DNA of 54,432 nt from Mycobacterium sp. (lineage in GTDB: Bacteria > Actinomycetota > Actinomycetes > Mycobacteriales > Mycobacteriaceae). Below are positions 11,374-20,944 of this stretch, piece after piece. The notes under the pieces were generated by a model. That model was not told where the DNA came from. It worked only from the letters and a program-made list of their open reading frames with translations, and did no database searches. Position 1 is the first letter of the stretch, and each line of letters begins with the position of its first letter. Location of the stretch: assembly GCA_025963195.1 (NCBI GenBank), contig JAOPVF010000431.1, forward strand, positions 1 through 54,432, written 5' to 3'. The translations under genes were made by a program, and so were the position numbers.

Positions 11374-12024
11374 ATGGCCAGTGTCAAAGGAACTCAGCGC
11401 ACGTACCGCTCGCCGCTGCGCGAGCAGGCCGCCCGCCGCACCCGCGAGGCCGTGGTGGCAGCCGCCGTGCAGGTGTTCGTAGAGGAGGGCTACACGGGCG
11501 CGACGATCGAGCAGATCGCCGCCCGCACCGGCGTCTCACGCCCGACCGTCTTCGGCGTCGGCAACAAGGCTCAACTGTTCGCCCTCGCCCGGCAGCACGC
11601 GGCTACCGGCGGCAGCCTCACCGCCAACGACGAAGGTTTCCAGCAGCTTCTGGCGATCCCTGACGCGCACCGGCTGCTGGCGGAGTTCGCCGCTTTCACC
11701 GCCGTCATCTCCCAGCGGCTCGGGCGGCTGCAACTGGTACTCGAGCAGGCCGCGGGGACCGACCCCGAACTGGCGCAACTGCTGGAATCAAGCCAGCAGG
11801 AGTTGCTGGAATGCGCTCGCGGCATCATCGCGGCGACAGCCGCAACAGGATCGCTGCGGCGTGACATCCCACGCGAGGTTGCCGCCGACGTGCTCTGGCT
11901 GCAGATCCAGCCCGCCAACTACCGGCACCTCGTCGAGGATCGCGGCTGGAGCCACCACGCATTCGAGCGCTGGCACGCTGCCGCCATGATCGCTGCCCTG
12001 CTGGAGCCCTCTGGAGCTCCATAG
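11374..12024 (+). CDS. TetR/AcrR family regulator
   Basis: RTYRSPLREQAARRTR..FVEEGYTGATIEQIAARTGVSRPTVF HTH. Confidence 0.93.
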   Translation: MASVKGTQRTYRSPLREQAARRTREAVVAAAVQVFVEEGYTGATIEQIAARTGVSRPTVFGVGNKAQLFALARQHAATGGSLTANDEGFQQLLAIPDAHRLLAEFAAFTAVISQRLGRLQLVLEQAAGTDPELAQLLESSQQELLECARGIIAATAATGSLRRDIPREVAADVLWLQIQPANYRHLVEDRGWSHHAFERWHAAAMIAALLEPSGAP

Positions 12025-12081
12025 CCGGATTCGGCCCACTCACGTCGACCCCCCACGGCGGGATCGAGCAGCTGCTTGCCC

Positions 12082-12165
12082 GGATACCGCCCACGCGAGT
12101 GGGACACCCGCGCCGGAACCGTCGAACTCGCCCTGCTCAAGCTGCGGACCGGCAGCTACTTCCCG
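12082..12165 (+). mobile_element. IS256-family transposase remnant
   Basis: GYRPREWDTRAGTVELALLKLRTGSYFP matches the IS256/IS1081 N-terminal motif; no further homology seen. Confidence 0.8.
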
Positions 12166-12401
12166 ACATGCCTGCCATCGAGACCCGGCCCGAGCCCTGC
12201 CCGCGTATGCGGACGACCGGGGTGCTGCCCTTGTGACCCCGGGTCCGGGCGCGGCGGCGTCATCGACTGGCCGGCCTCGTCTTCGAAGACCACCCAGGCT
12301 CCGTTCGCCGCCCGCCCGACACCGGTCTGGACGGCCTGGGAGATCGACTTCCCGGTGAACCCGGGGCGGGGGCGGGGACGAAGGCGGGGACGAGGCCGGG
12401 G

Positions 12402-13949
12402 TCAGGCCGAGTAGACGGCGGCCACATTGTCGCGCGGGGCGGGGCGGTGCTTCGCGGCCGGGCCTTCGGCGAAGGCGCGCAGCACGTTCTCGGTGGTGCG
12501 GGTGACGAAGTCGCGGGTGCGCAGGTCGAGACCGTGGTCGCGGCCGTCGTCGCGGGTGCCGGCCATCAGCCCCTCGACCCAGCGCATCGTGCCGGATGCG
12601 AACACGCCCGCGCCGCTGGGCACCGTGTAGTACGCGGAGTCGGAATGGCTGCGGCGGCCGGCGCAGACCAGTGGGGAGTGCGCGACGATCTCGATCGGGG
12701 CCGGGGTGGGAGAGCCGGGAGTGACGCGGTCGTACTCGACGCCGACCAGGTGGTCGAAGGAGTCGCCGCGGTTGACGCCGGTGCCTGCGAAGACCCAGTG
12801 GTCAGAGGTTTCCACGACGTATGCCGCGTCTGTGGGGAAGCCCTCGTAGATCACCCCGGTCAGCGAGGACTCCGGATCGGCGGCGGGCCGGTGCCGGAAG
12901 TCGGTGGTGGCCATGGTCGGGTGCTGCGCGAGGTACGGGTCGACGGGGTAGTCGGTCTTGTAGCAGACCACCGTGCGGGCCCTTGCCCCGCTCGGCCCGG
13001 GTTCCAGGCGGATGCGGCGAAAGCAGGTGTTGGCGCCGAGGAAGGCCAGGTTGGTCCCGGCGTCGCGCGCCGCGGTGACGTACCGCCGCTGCTCGGGCGT
13101 CCAGTACTCGTCGTGGCCGAGCGCGACCGCCGCGGTGGCGCCGCGCAGCACGGAAGGCGCCAGGTGGACGTCCACTCCGGTGGTGTACGCCAGGGGTATG
13201 CCGAGCCGCTCGGCGAGCACCACCAGCGCCCGCTCATAGACCAGGAACTTCTCAACGCCGCTGGAGTCGTAGGGCCGGTCGAAGCAGACAGCCAGGGCGC
13301 GGTCGGCGTATGCGCCGTCCTGGCCCGCGTAGAGGCTGAAGCCGCCCCACCGGTTGTAGGCCTGCCAGGTCGCGGGAGCGTGCATCAGCAGGGTCTTGCC
13401 GGCGGCGCCGACCGAGCGAACGATCAGCGGGACGTACCGCTGGCAGTCGTTGTCCGCTTCGAGTCGCAGCAGGTAGGCGCCCTCGGGCCAGCCGTCGGTC
13501 CGCACGTTCAGGCTGCGCTCCCAGTCCGCCTGGACCGTGCGGGTGGCGACGACGACCCCGGGGGGCTTCTGCCTGGCTCCTGCGACCAGGTCCGACTGCC
13601 AGACCAGCCGGGCCTGCGCGCCGCCGTACCAGCCGACCCGGAACGCCGAGACGCGGAAGCCGGGCGCGGTCGTGGACACGTACAGGCCGAATTCCTCACC
13701 GGGCAGGACGCTGGTCTTGTCCGCGTATCCCTCGACTGCGCCGGGTGGCCCCTGGGAGCTGATCCGCCAGTCCGGGGTGCCGTGCTGGACGGATTCGGTG
13801 GGAGCCGTGGGCGGCGTGGTATGCGGGCGGGGGGCGTGGTCCGCGTCGCAGCCGGCCACCGCCACGGCGGCGACTCCGGCGGCGCCGACCGCGGCGGCGC
13901 CCAGGAAGCGGCGCCGGTCCCAGGTATGGCGCTGCGCCCCGTCGTCCAT
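12402..13949 (-). CDS. Tat lipoprotein with N,N-dimethylformamidase beta-subunit family domain
   Basis: RRRFLG...VAGC Tat signal plus lipobox; EGYADKTSV.PGE, TWQAYNRWGG.SLY, FDRPY, GHDEYW, GTNLAFLGAN, VFASGT..W. Confidence 0.82.
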   Translation of the reverse strand: MDDGAQRHTWDRRRFLGAAAVGAAGVAAVAVAGCDADHAPRPHTTPPTAPTESVQHGTPDWRISSQGPPGAVEGYADKTSVLPGEEFGLYVSTTAPGFRVSAFRVGWYGGAQARLVWQSDLVAGARQKPPGVVVATRTVQADWERSLNVRTDGWPEGAYLLRLEADNDCQRYVPLIVRSVGAAGKTLLMHAPATWQAYNRWGGFSLYAGQDGAYADRALAVCFDRPYDSSGVEKFLVYERALVVLAERLGIPLAYTTGVDVHLAPSVLRGATAAVALGHDEYWTPEQRRYVTAARDAGTNLAFLGANTCFRRIRLEPGPSGARARTVVCYKTDYPVDPYLAQHPTMATTDFRHRPAADPESSLTGVIYEGFPTDAAYVVETSDHWVFAGTGVNRGDSFDHLVGVEYDRVTPGSPTPAPIEIVAHSPLVCAGRRSHSDSAYYTVPSGAGVFASGTMRWVEGLMAGTRDDGRDHGLDLRTRDFVTRTTENVLRAFAEGPAAKHRPAPRDNVAAVYSA

Positions 13950-14451
13950 TTCCGCCTGGTCCCGTCTGTTTGCCACTGGGTGCTCGTGAGGGTGCCCGCG
14001 TGCTGGTCTTCTGCCACTCCAGATGATGCTGCCGGTGTACGGGGTGAGCCGCTACCTCGGAACAGCCGAAAGCGGCTACGGCGGCGGGGCCGGGCGGCCA
14101 ACGGCAATGCACCAGCACCGCCTGCCGGAACGGCCCGAGCGCCCTGGAGCCATTCGGGGTGCCGATCCGCCGCCGGCGGGCGGCCAGATGACGCGCGAGG
14201 AACTCGACGAGGTGGCGGGGGACGTCGAGCTCGGCAAGAGCGGTGCCACGTGCTGCCGGTGCGCCGGCGCTCGCTGTTGTGGTGTGCGGTCAGGTATGCG
14301 CGCAGGCAGCGCGCCTCCGCGATGAGTCCGCCGCGCCACGCGAGCCGTACCTCCACCGCGCGGTGGACCGGGCGGTACGCCGCGCTGAACCGGATGATCA
14401 CGGTGGGGTGCGAAGGGCTCCGCGCCCGGCCGAGCTGAACGGAACACGGGG

Positions 14452-15141
14452 TCAGGACGCGGTCCGGTAGCGGTGTTCGGGGCGGCCGGTCGCCCCGTAT
14501 CGCAGTTCGAGCCGGACCAGGCCCTCCCGAGTGAGGTAGGAGAGGTACCGCTGCGCCGTAGCGCGGGAGATGCCGGTGAGTTCGGCGACCTCCACGGCCG
14601 ACAGATCGCGCCGGGCGCCGCGCACCGCGTCCCGGACCAGGGCGAGGGTGGGAGCCGAGTGGCCCTTGGCGGGGACGGACGGCAGGCCGGCCGGGCGGGT
14701 GGCGTTGAACAGGGCGTCCACATCGGCCTGGTCGGTCTCGGCCGCCGGGCCCAGCACGTCCACCCGGTGCTGGAGTTCGCGGTACGCGACCAGCCGCTCG
14801 GCCAGGGCCGCGGAGCCGAAGGGCTTGACCAGGTACCCCACCGCGCCGAGCTTCATGGCGGCCCGTACCGAGGTGATGTCCCGGTCCGCCGTGATCATGA
14901 TGGCATCGGGCCGAGCGCCGCCCGCGTCACCGGTGAGCCGTCGCAGCACGTCCAGCCCGGTGCCGTCCGGAAGGAAGACGTCGAGCAGCAGCAGCTCCGG
15001 ACGGAGCGTCCGCACTGCCTCCAGGGCCTCCGCCACGTTCGGCGCCTGGCCGACCACCTCGAAGCCCTCGACACGGGAGACATACGAGCAGTGGATGCCG
15101 CTCACGCGGAAGTCGTCGTCCACCACCAGTATCCGGATCAC
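14452..15141 (-). CDS. CitB/DpiA-type response regulator
   Basis: ILVVDDDFRV, LLDVFLPDGTG, YLVKPF, GISRATAQRYL, YGATGRPEHRY. Confidence 0.93.
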   Translation of the reverse strand: MIRILVVDDDFRVSGIHCSYVSRVEGFEVVGQAPNVAEALEAVRTLRPELLLLDVFLPDGTGLDVLRRLTGDAGGARPDAIMITADRDITSVRAAMKLGAVGYLVKPFGSAALAERLVAYRELQHRVDVLGPAAETDQADVDALFNATRPAGLPSVPAKGHSAPTLALVRDAVRGARRDLSAVEVAELTGISRATAQRYLSYLTREGLVRLELRYGATGRPEHRYRTAS

Positions 15142-16931
15142 CAGCGATCACCTCCGTCGGGTGCGGTCACCGCGCCGGCCGGCACCGGCGGGGCGATCGT
15201 GAACAAGGCTCCTTGCGGCGCAGGCGCGGTGTCCGGCACCGGCAGCACCACGGTGAACACCGCACCCGGCCCCTTGCTGGCGGTGACCGTGCCGCCGTGC
15301 CGCTGCACCAGCCGGTGCACCAGGGCCAGCCCCAGCCCGCGCCGGGCGGTGCCGCGGTCCGGCCGGGTCGACCAGCCGTCCTCGAAGATCGCCTCGGCCG
15401 CGTCCGGCGGGATCCCCGGGCCGGTGTCGGCCACCTTGACGGTCACTTCCGTGGTGGCTTCGAGTACGGAGAGCCGCACCTCGGGGCCGCCTGCCGGGGC
15501 CGGTCCACCGGCCGCCGCGTCGACCGCGTTGTCCAGCAGGTTTCCGGTGATCGTCAGTAGCCGGCGCAGATGCGGGGGACGCTCGCCGAGTGCGGAGTCC
15601 GCACTCAGCACGATCCGTACCCCGCGCTCGGCGGCGACCGTGGTCTTGGCCACGATCAGCCCCACCATCAGCGCGTTGCCGACCCGCTCCCGTACCGACT
15701 CGGCCAGCGCCTGCTCGGCACCGGCCGACTCGACCGCGTACTCGAACGCCGCCTCGTGCTCGCCCAGTTCCAGCAGCCCGGCCAGGGTGTGCATCCGGTT
15801 GGTGAACTCGTGCTGCTGCGCCCGCAACGCGTCGGTCAGCCCGCGCACCGAGTCCAGCTCTCGAAGCAGCCCGACCATCTCGGTGCGGTCCCGTACGGTG
15901 ACCACCGCGCCCAGCTCGCGACCGTGCAGCGTCACCGGCATCCGGTTGACGGCCAAGCAGTGGTCGTCGGTCAGTACGGTGAGATCCGCGCCGGCCAGGG
16001 TGCCGTCCAGCGCGCGGCGCAGGCGCCCGTCCGGCAGGACGTTCGCCAGCCGGCTGCCGAGCGCGGTGCCCAGGCCCAGCAGCCGCCGGGCCTCGTCGTT
16101 CACGACGGTGATCCTGCCCTCGGGGTCGAAGGCGAGCACGCCCTCGCGGATCCCGTGCAGCATCGCTTCCCGGTCCTGGAGCAGTCCGGCGATCTCCTCC
16201 AGCTCCAGCCCGAAGGTCGACCGCTTCAGCCGCCGCGCCAGAAGATACGCGGCCGCGGCCCCGACCGCCGTCGCGATGCCGGCGTACAGGCCGAAGGTGG
16301 GCAGCTCCCGCCACAGCTCGCCGAGCACATCCCGTTCCGGAATGCCCACCGAGACTTCGCCGACCAGCGAGCCGCTGGGCCCGTACAGCGGGGCCTTGCC
16401 ATTCGCAGAGCGTCCGGTGACGCCCTCGTCGATGCCGACCTGCGCGTGGCCGTCCAGCACCGCGAGCGGCTCGGTCACGCGCTTGCCGACCAGCGCCGGC
16501 CGGGGGTGTGAGTGGCGGATCCCGTGCAGGTCGATCACCACCACGTACGAGGCCTTCGACGCCTTGCGGATCCGCTCGGCGACCATCTGCACCACGTCGC
16601 CACCGCTCCCGTACTCCATGGCCTGCTGGATCTGCGGCTCGGCGGCCGTGGTCTGCGCGATGGCCAACGCCCGCTGCTCGTAGGCGCGGTCGAGCTGGGC
16701 CCGCTGCGCGAAGGCGAGCAGTACGAAGCCGATGGCACCGGTGACCGCGAGGATCAGCAGCTGGCTGACCAGGATCCGCGCGGAGAGCCTTCGCTTGCCG
16801 GCCCGGCGTACGCGTATGCGTGAGCCGAGCAGGCGTATCCCGCCTGTTCCTTTCACACCCTTGCGTACAAGGACCCCAAGGGCCCCAAGGACCCCAAGAT
16901 CACTACGGGCGCGACGCACACGGATGGCCAT
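15138..16931 (-). CDS. CitA/DpiB-type sensor histidine kinase
   Basis: Two TM segments, sCache (IRHSHP), LKRSTFGLE, PAS, LRAQQHEFTNRMH H-box, GNLLDNA, DTGPGI, GLGL. Confidence 0.92.
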   Translation of the reverse strand: MAIRVRRARSDLGVLGALGVLVRKGVKGTGGIRLLGSRIRVRRAGKRRLSARILVSQLLILAVTGAIGFVLLAFAQRAQLDRAYEQRALAIAQTTAAEPQIQQAMEYGSGGDVVQMVAERIRKASKASYVVVIDLHGIRHSHPRPALVGKRVTEPLAVLDGHAQVGIDEGVTGRSANGKAPLYGPSGSLVGEVSVGIPERDVLGELWRELPTFGLYAGIATAVGAAAAYLLARRLKRSTFGLELEEIAGLLQDREAMLHGIREGVLAFDPEGRITVVNDEARRLLGLGTALGSRLANVLPDGRLRRALDGTLAGADLTVLTDDHCLAVNRMPVTLHGRELGAVVTVRDRTEMVGLLRELDSVRGLTDALRAQQHEFTNRMHTLAGLLELGEHEAAFEYAVESAGAEQALAESVRERVGNALMVGLIVAKTTVAAERGVRIVLSADSALGERPPHLRRLLTITGNLLDNAVDAAAGGPAPAGGPEVRLSVLEATTEVTVKVADTGPGIPPDAAEAIFEDGWSTRPDRGTARRGLGLALVHRLVQRHGGTVTASKGPGAVFTVVLPVPDTAPAPQGALFTIAPPVPAGAVTAPDGGDRW

Positions 16932-17095
16932 CACCGGCGGCTCTCCGTTTCTGTCGTACCCCTCGCTCGGAGCGGCACGTCGCGAGGAGCCCTGTGCTCC
17001 CTTGGCGGCGGCCGCCCCCGGCCCCGGCCACGTCGCCGGGTCCACGTGCCGGTGATTGTGCCTGGCGGCGGACATTTTGCCCACCCCCGGGTCGC

Positions 17096-17149
17096 TGAGC
17101 AGAACGCGCAGAACGCGGATGAACGTCGGAAAGCCGCGCAACGTGCTCA
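17096..17149. promoter_or_regulatory. Candidate CitB-type binding repeats
   Basis: GCAGAACGC tandem x2 (17099-17116), flanked by TGAGCA and inverted TGCTCA, in the divergent kinase/ABC intergenic region. Confidence 0.4.
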
Positions 17150-17238
17150 AGACTCGCCGCGCCCGCGCCGGCGCCCTACGTTCTCGTCACTCGCCGGAAA
17201 CTCCGGCGTAACGCAGAGTCCGAAGGCGGTGCGAGGTA

Positions 17239-18117
17239 GTGAACACACCAGCGGCCGGCCCGGTTCCAGCGATCGAGCTGCGCAATACGACGAAACGGTT
17301 CCGCACCCCGTCGGGCGGGGTCTACACGGCGCTGCACGACCTCGGCATGACCGTGGAGCCCGGGGAGTTCTGCGCCGTGGTCGGCCCGACCGGGTGCGGC
17401 AAATCCACCACCCTCTCCCTGGTCTCCGGCCTGGAGCGGGCGAGCGCCGGCCAGACCCTGATCCACGGCGAGCCGGTCACCGGCATCGACCCGCGGGTCG
17501 GCTTCATGTTCCAGACCGACGCGGTCTTCCCGTGGAAGTCGGTGCTGGACAACGTGGCCGCCGGACCGCAGTTCCGCGGCTCCTCCAAGAAGGAGGCGGT
17601 CGCCAGGGCCCGCGACTGGCTGCGCCGCGTCGGCCTGTCCGGCTTCGAGGACCGGCTGCCGCACCAGCTGTCCGGCGGCATGCGCAAGCGGGTGGCGCTG
17701 GCCCAGACGCTGATCAACGAGCCCGAGATCCTGCTGATGGACGAACCCTTCTCAGCGCTGGACGTCCAGACCCGGCAGATCGTCCAGGACGAGCTGCTGG
17801 CCCTGTGGGAGCTGACCCGCCCAGCCGTCGTCTTCGTCACCCACGACCTGGAGGAGGCCATCGCGCTCGCCGACAAGGTCGTCGTCCTCACCGTCGGCCC
17901 CGGCACGGTCAAGGACACCTTCCGCGTCGACCTGCCGCGCCCCCGCAAGGTCCAGGAGATCCGCTTCCACCCGCGCTTCGTCGAGCTGTACGAGCAGATC
18001 TGGACCAGCCTGCGCGACGAGGTGCAGCTCGCCTACGCCCGCACGGCGGCCACCGTGCCGGCGCCGACGGGCGACTCGACCAGCCACGTGAAAACCGGTC
18101 CAGGAGACCCGCGATGA
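17239..18117 (+). CDS. NitT/TauT family ABC transporter ATP-binding protein
   Basis: GPTGCGKST, LSGGMRKRV, LLMDEPFSALD, FVTHDLEEA, DLPRPR. Confidence 0.95.
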   Translation: MNTPAAGPVPAIELRNTTKRFRTPSGGVYTALHDLGMTVEPGEFCAVVGPTGCGKSTTLSLVSGLERASAGQTLIHGEPVTGIDPRVGFMFQTDAVFPWKSVLDNVAAGPQFRGSSKKEAVARARDWLRRVGLSGFEDRLPHQLSGGMRKRVALAQTLINEPEILLMDEPFSALDVQTRQIVQDELLALWELTRPAVVFVTHDLEEAIALADKVVVLTVGPGTVKDTFRVDLPRPRKVQEIRFHPRFVELYEQIWTSLRDEVQLAYARTAATVPAPTGDSTSHVKTGPGDPR

Positions 18118-19010
18118 CCGACTTCATCTCTGATGCCTCGCCCCGCGCCGCCGCCACCCTCCCGCCCGAGTTCGACGAGGCAGCCCTGATCCGCGGTTCC
18201 AGGACCCGGGCGCGACGCCGCCGGCTGCTCATCCTGCTCGCCCAGATCGCGCTGGTCGGGGCGGTGCTCGGCGGCTGGCAGCTCGGCGCCTCCAGCGGCT
18301 CGCTGGACACGTTCACCTACGGCTCGCCGGACGGGGTCGTGAAGCAGCTGAAGACCTGGTTCACCGACGGCACCTCGCTCGGCTCGATCTGGCACAACAT
18401 CGGCGTGACGATGCAGGAGACCGTGCTCGGCTTCATCATCGGCACCGTCGCCGGCGTGGTGCTCGGCGTCGCGCTGGGCCGGATCCGGGCGCTGGCGGAC
18501 GTGATGGCCCCGTTCATCAAGGCGGCCAACTCCATCCCGCGGATCGTGCTCGGCTCCATGTTCATCATCTGGTTCGGCCTCGGCCCGTCCGGCAAGGTCG
18601 CGCTGGCCGTGGTACTGGTCTTCTTCTCGGTCTTCTTCAACGCTTTCCAGGGCACCCGCGAGGTGGACCGCAACCTGATCGCCAACGCCCGCATCCTGGG
18701 CGCCTCCGAGTGGCGGGTGACCTCGCAGGTCGTACTGCCCTCGGCGATGACCTGGATCATCGCCTCCCTGCACGCGGCCTTCGGCTTCGCTCTGATCGGC
18801 GCCATCGTCGGGGAGATGCTCGGGGCGCAGGCCGGCCTCGGGCAGCTGATCGCCCAGGCCCAGGGCAACTTCAACGCCGACGGCGTCTACGCCGGAACCC
18901 TCATCATCGCCGTGCTCGCCCTGATCGCCGAGTTCCTGGTGACCCGCTTCGAGAAGCGCGTGCTGCGTTGGCGGCCCACCCAGCTGTCCGGCGACGCGGC
19001 CGGGCTGTAA
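18114..19010 (+). CDS. NitT/TauT family ABC transporter permease
   Basis: Multi-TM; NSIPRIVL, ARILGAS, GAIVGE..GA..GLG; ATGA coupling and AGGAG RBS. Confidence 0.93.
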   Translation: MTDFISDASPRAAATLPPEFDEAALIRGSRTRARRRRLLILLAQIALVGAVLGGWQLGASSGSLDTFTYGSPDGVVKQLKTWFTDGTSLGSIWHNIGVTMQETVLGFIIGTVAGVVLGVALGRIRALADVMAPFIKAANSIPRIVLGSMFIIWFGLGPSGKVALAVVLVFFSVFFNAFQGTREVDRNLIANARILGASEWRVTSQVVLPSAMTWIIASLHAAFGFALIGAIVGEMLGAQAGLGQLIAQAQGNFNADGVYAGTLIIAVLALIAEFLVTRFEKRVLRWRPTQLSGDAAGL

Positions 19011-19174
19011 CGGACCCCGGCCCGCGCGTCCCGGCCGGCCGGTAACCGCTCAAGGCCCGCGCATTTCGCCCCACCATCCCTCGCCGCCATTTCCGCTGCG
19101 CCCTGTCCCCCCTCGCCTCGCCTCGCCCTGTCTCTGTCCCTGCCCCAACCCCCTCACCACGAAGGAGTCCAGCG

Positions 19175-20221
19175 ATGAAGCTGGCCAAGAAGTCCCTGCT
19201 CGCCACCGCAACGTGCAGCGCCCTCGCACTCACCCTCTCCGCCTGCGGCGGCGGCACCGCCAAGGTCGCCGCCACGAACGCCGCGGGAGAGGCCACGGTC
19301 AGCATCATGGTCGGCGGTCTGGACAAGCAGATCTACCTGCCGGTGATGCTCGCCAAGAGCCTGGGCTACTACAAGGCCCAGGGCATCAACGTGCAGCTCT
19401 CCAACGAACCCGCCGGCGTCGACGCCGAGACCGCCATGCTGGCCGGCCAGGTGGACGCAGTGGTCGGCTTCTACGACCACACCATCGACCTGCAGTCCAA
19501 AGGCAAGTCCACCGAGTCCGTGGCCCAACTGCTCCAGGCGCCCGGCGAGGTCGAAATGGTCCGCACCGACGAAGCGGGCAGCATCAAAAGCCCGGCCGAT
19601 TTCACGGGCAAGCACCTCGGCGTGACCGGTCTCGGCTCCTCCACCAACTTCCTCACCCAGTACCTCGAGGCCAAGGGCGGCGTCAAGGCGGGCAGCGCCA
19701 CCTCGGTCGCCGTTGGCGCCGGCTCCACCTTCGTCGCGGCCATGCAGAACAAGCAGATCGACGCCGGTATGACCACCGAGCCCACCATCTCCATGCTGGA
19801 GCAGAAGAAGCTGGCCACGCCGCTGATCGATATGCGTACCTCGGCGGGTGCGAAGGCAGCCCTTGGCGGCACCTACCCGGCCTCGTGCCTCTACCTGACC
19901 ACGGCCTACGTCCAGAAGAACCCGGCCATCGTGCAGAAGCTGGTCAACGTCTACGTCGAGACGCTGAAGTGGATCCAGACCCACACGGCCGCGCAGATCG
20001 CGGACAAGATGCCGGCCGACTACTACACGGGTGTCGGCAAGGCGGTCTACACCACTGCTCTGCAGAACGAGAAGGGCATGTACTCGCCCGACGGCCTGAT
20101 GCCTGCCGACGGCCCCACGACGGTCCTCAAGGTCCTCTCCGCCTTCGACCCGACGGTCAAGGGCCACTCCGTCGACCTGTCCAAGACCTACACGAACGAC
20201 TTCGTCAACAAGGCCAAGTGA
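19175..20221 (+). CDS. NitT/TauT family substrate-binding lipoprotein
   Basis: LSAC lipobox; GGLDKQIYLP, GFYDHTIDLQ, GVTGLGSST. Confidence 0.92.
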   Translation: MKLAKKSLLATATCSALALTLSACGGGTAKVAATNAAGEATVSIMVGGLDKQIYLPVMLAKSLGYYKAQGINVQLSNEPAGVDAETAMLAGQVDAVVGFYDHTIDLQSKGKSTESVAQLLQAPGEVEMVRTDEAGSIKSPADFTGKHLGVTGLGSSTNFLTQYLEAKGGVKAGSATSVAVGAGSTFVAAMQNKQIDAGMTTEPTISMLEQKKLATPLIDMRTSAGAKAALGGTYPASCLYLTTAYVQKNPAIVQKLVNVYVETLKWIQTHTAAQIADKMPADYYTGVGKAVYTTALQNEKGMYSPDGLMPADGPTTVLKVLSAFDPTVKGHSVDLSKTYTNDFVNKAK

Positions 20222-20260
20222 CGTTCCGGCGACATCCGCTCGGCCGCCGCGGTCGATCGG

Positions 20261-20944
20261 TCAGTCGGGCTCGCGGCTGACGAGGCCGTTTTCGTAGGCG
20301 AAGATCACCGCGTGGACACGGTCGCGCAGATCGAGTTTGGCGAGGAGGTGGGCCACGTGGGTTTTGACGGTGGATTCGGAGAGGCCGAGGCGTTCGGCGA
20401 CGAGGGGGTTGCTCAGGCCGGCCACCAGCAGGGTGAAGACGTCACGTTCGCGGCTCGTCAGGACTGAGAGGGGGTCGTAGCCGGAGCGCGGGACCGGGAC
20501 CGGGTCTCTGCCGCCGCCGAAGACGCCGGCGTAGGTGTCCAGGAGGCGGCGGGTCGTGCTCGGCGAGAGGAGCGCATCGCCGGAGGCGACGGCTCTGACG
20601 CCTGCGAGCAGTTCCTCGGGGCGGGTGTTCTTCAGCAGGAATCCGCTGGCGCCGGCGCGCAGGCTCTCGAAGGCGTACTCGTCCAGATCGAAGGTGGTGA
20701 GGATGACCACCTTGGCCGCCGGGCGGTCAGCGATGATCCGCCGAGCGGCGGCGATGCCGTCGAGGACGGGCATGCGTACGTCCATCAGCACCACGTCGGG
20801 GCTCAGCGAAGCGGCCAGCGCCACCGCTTCGACGCCGTCGGCGGCCTGGCCGACGACGCGCATGTCGTCCTCGGCGTCGATCAGCAGGGAGAACCCGAGT
20901 CTCAGCAGGGGGTGGTCGTCGACGAGGAGGACTCGGATGGTCAT
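20261..20944 (-). CDS. NarL/LuxR family response regulator
   Basis: IRVLLVDDH, DVVLMDVRMP, LTTFDLDEY, LTSRERDV..GLSN..TVKTHV. Confidence 0.95.
   Translation of the reverse strand: MTIRVLLVDDHPLLRLGFSLLIDAEDDMRVVGQAADGVEAVALAASLSPDVVLMDVRMPVLDGIAAARRIIADRPAAKVVILTTFDLDEYAFESLRAGASGFLLKNTRPEELLAGVRAVASGDALLSPSTTRRLLDTYAGVFGGGRDPVPVPRSGYDPLSVLTSRERDVFTLLVAGLSNPLVAERLGLSESTVKTHVAHLLAKLDLRDRVHAVIFAYENGLVSREPD

Noticed and set aside
14023-14325. Cys-containing small ORF (..CCRCAGARCCG..) as a possible RiPP precursor
   Set aside because: No modification enzymes nearby, no clear RBS, and composition typical of spurious GC-rich frames.
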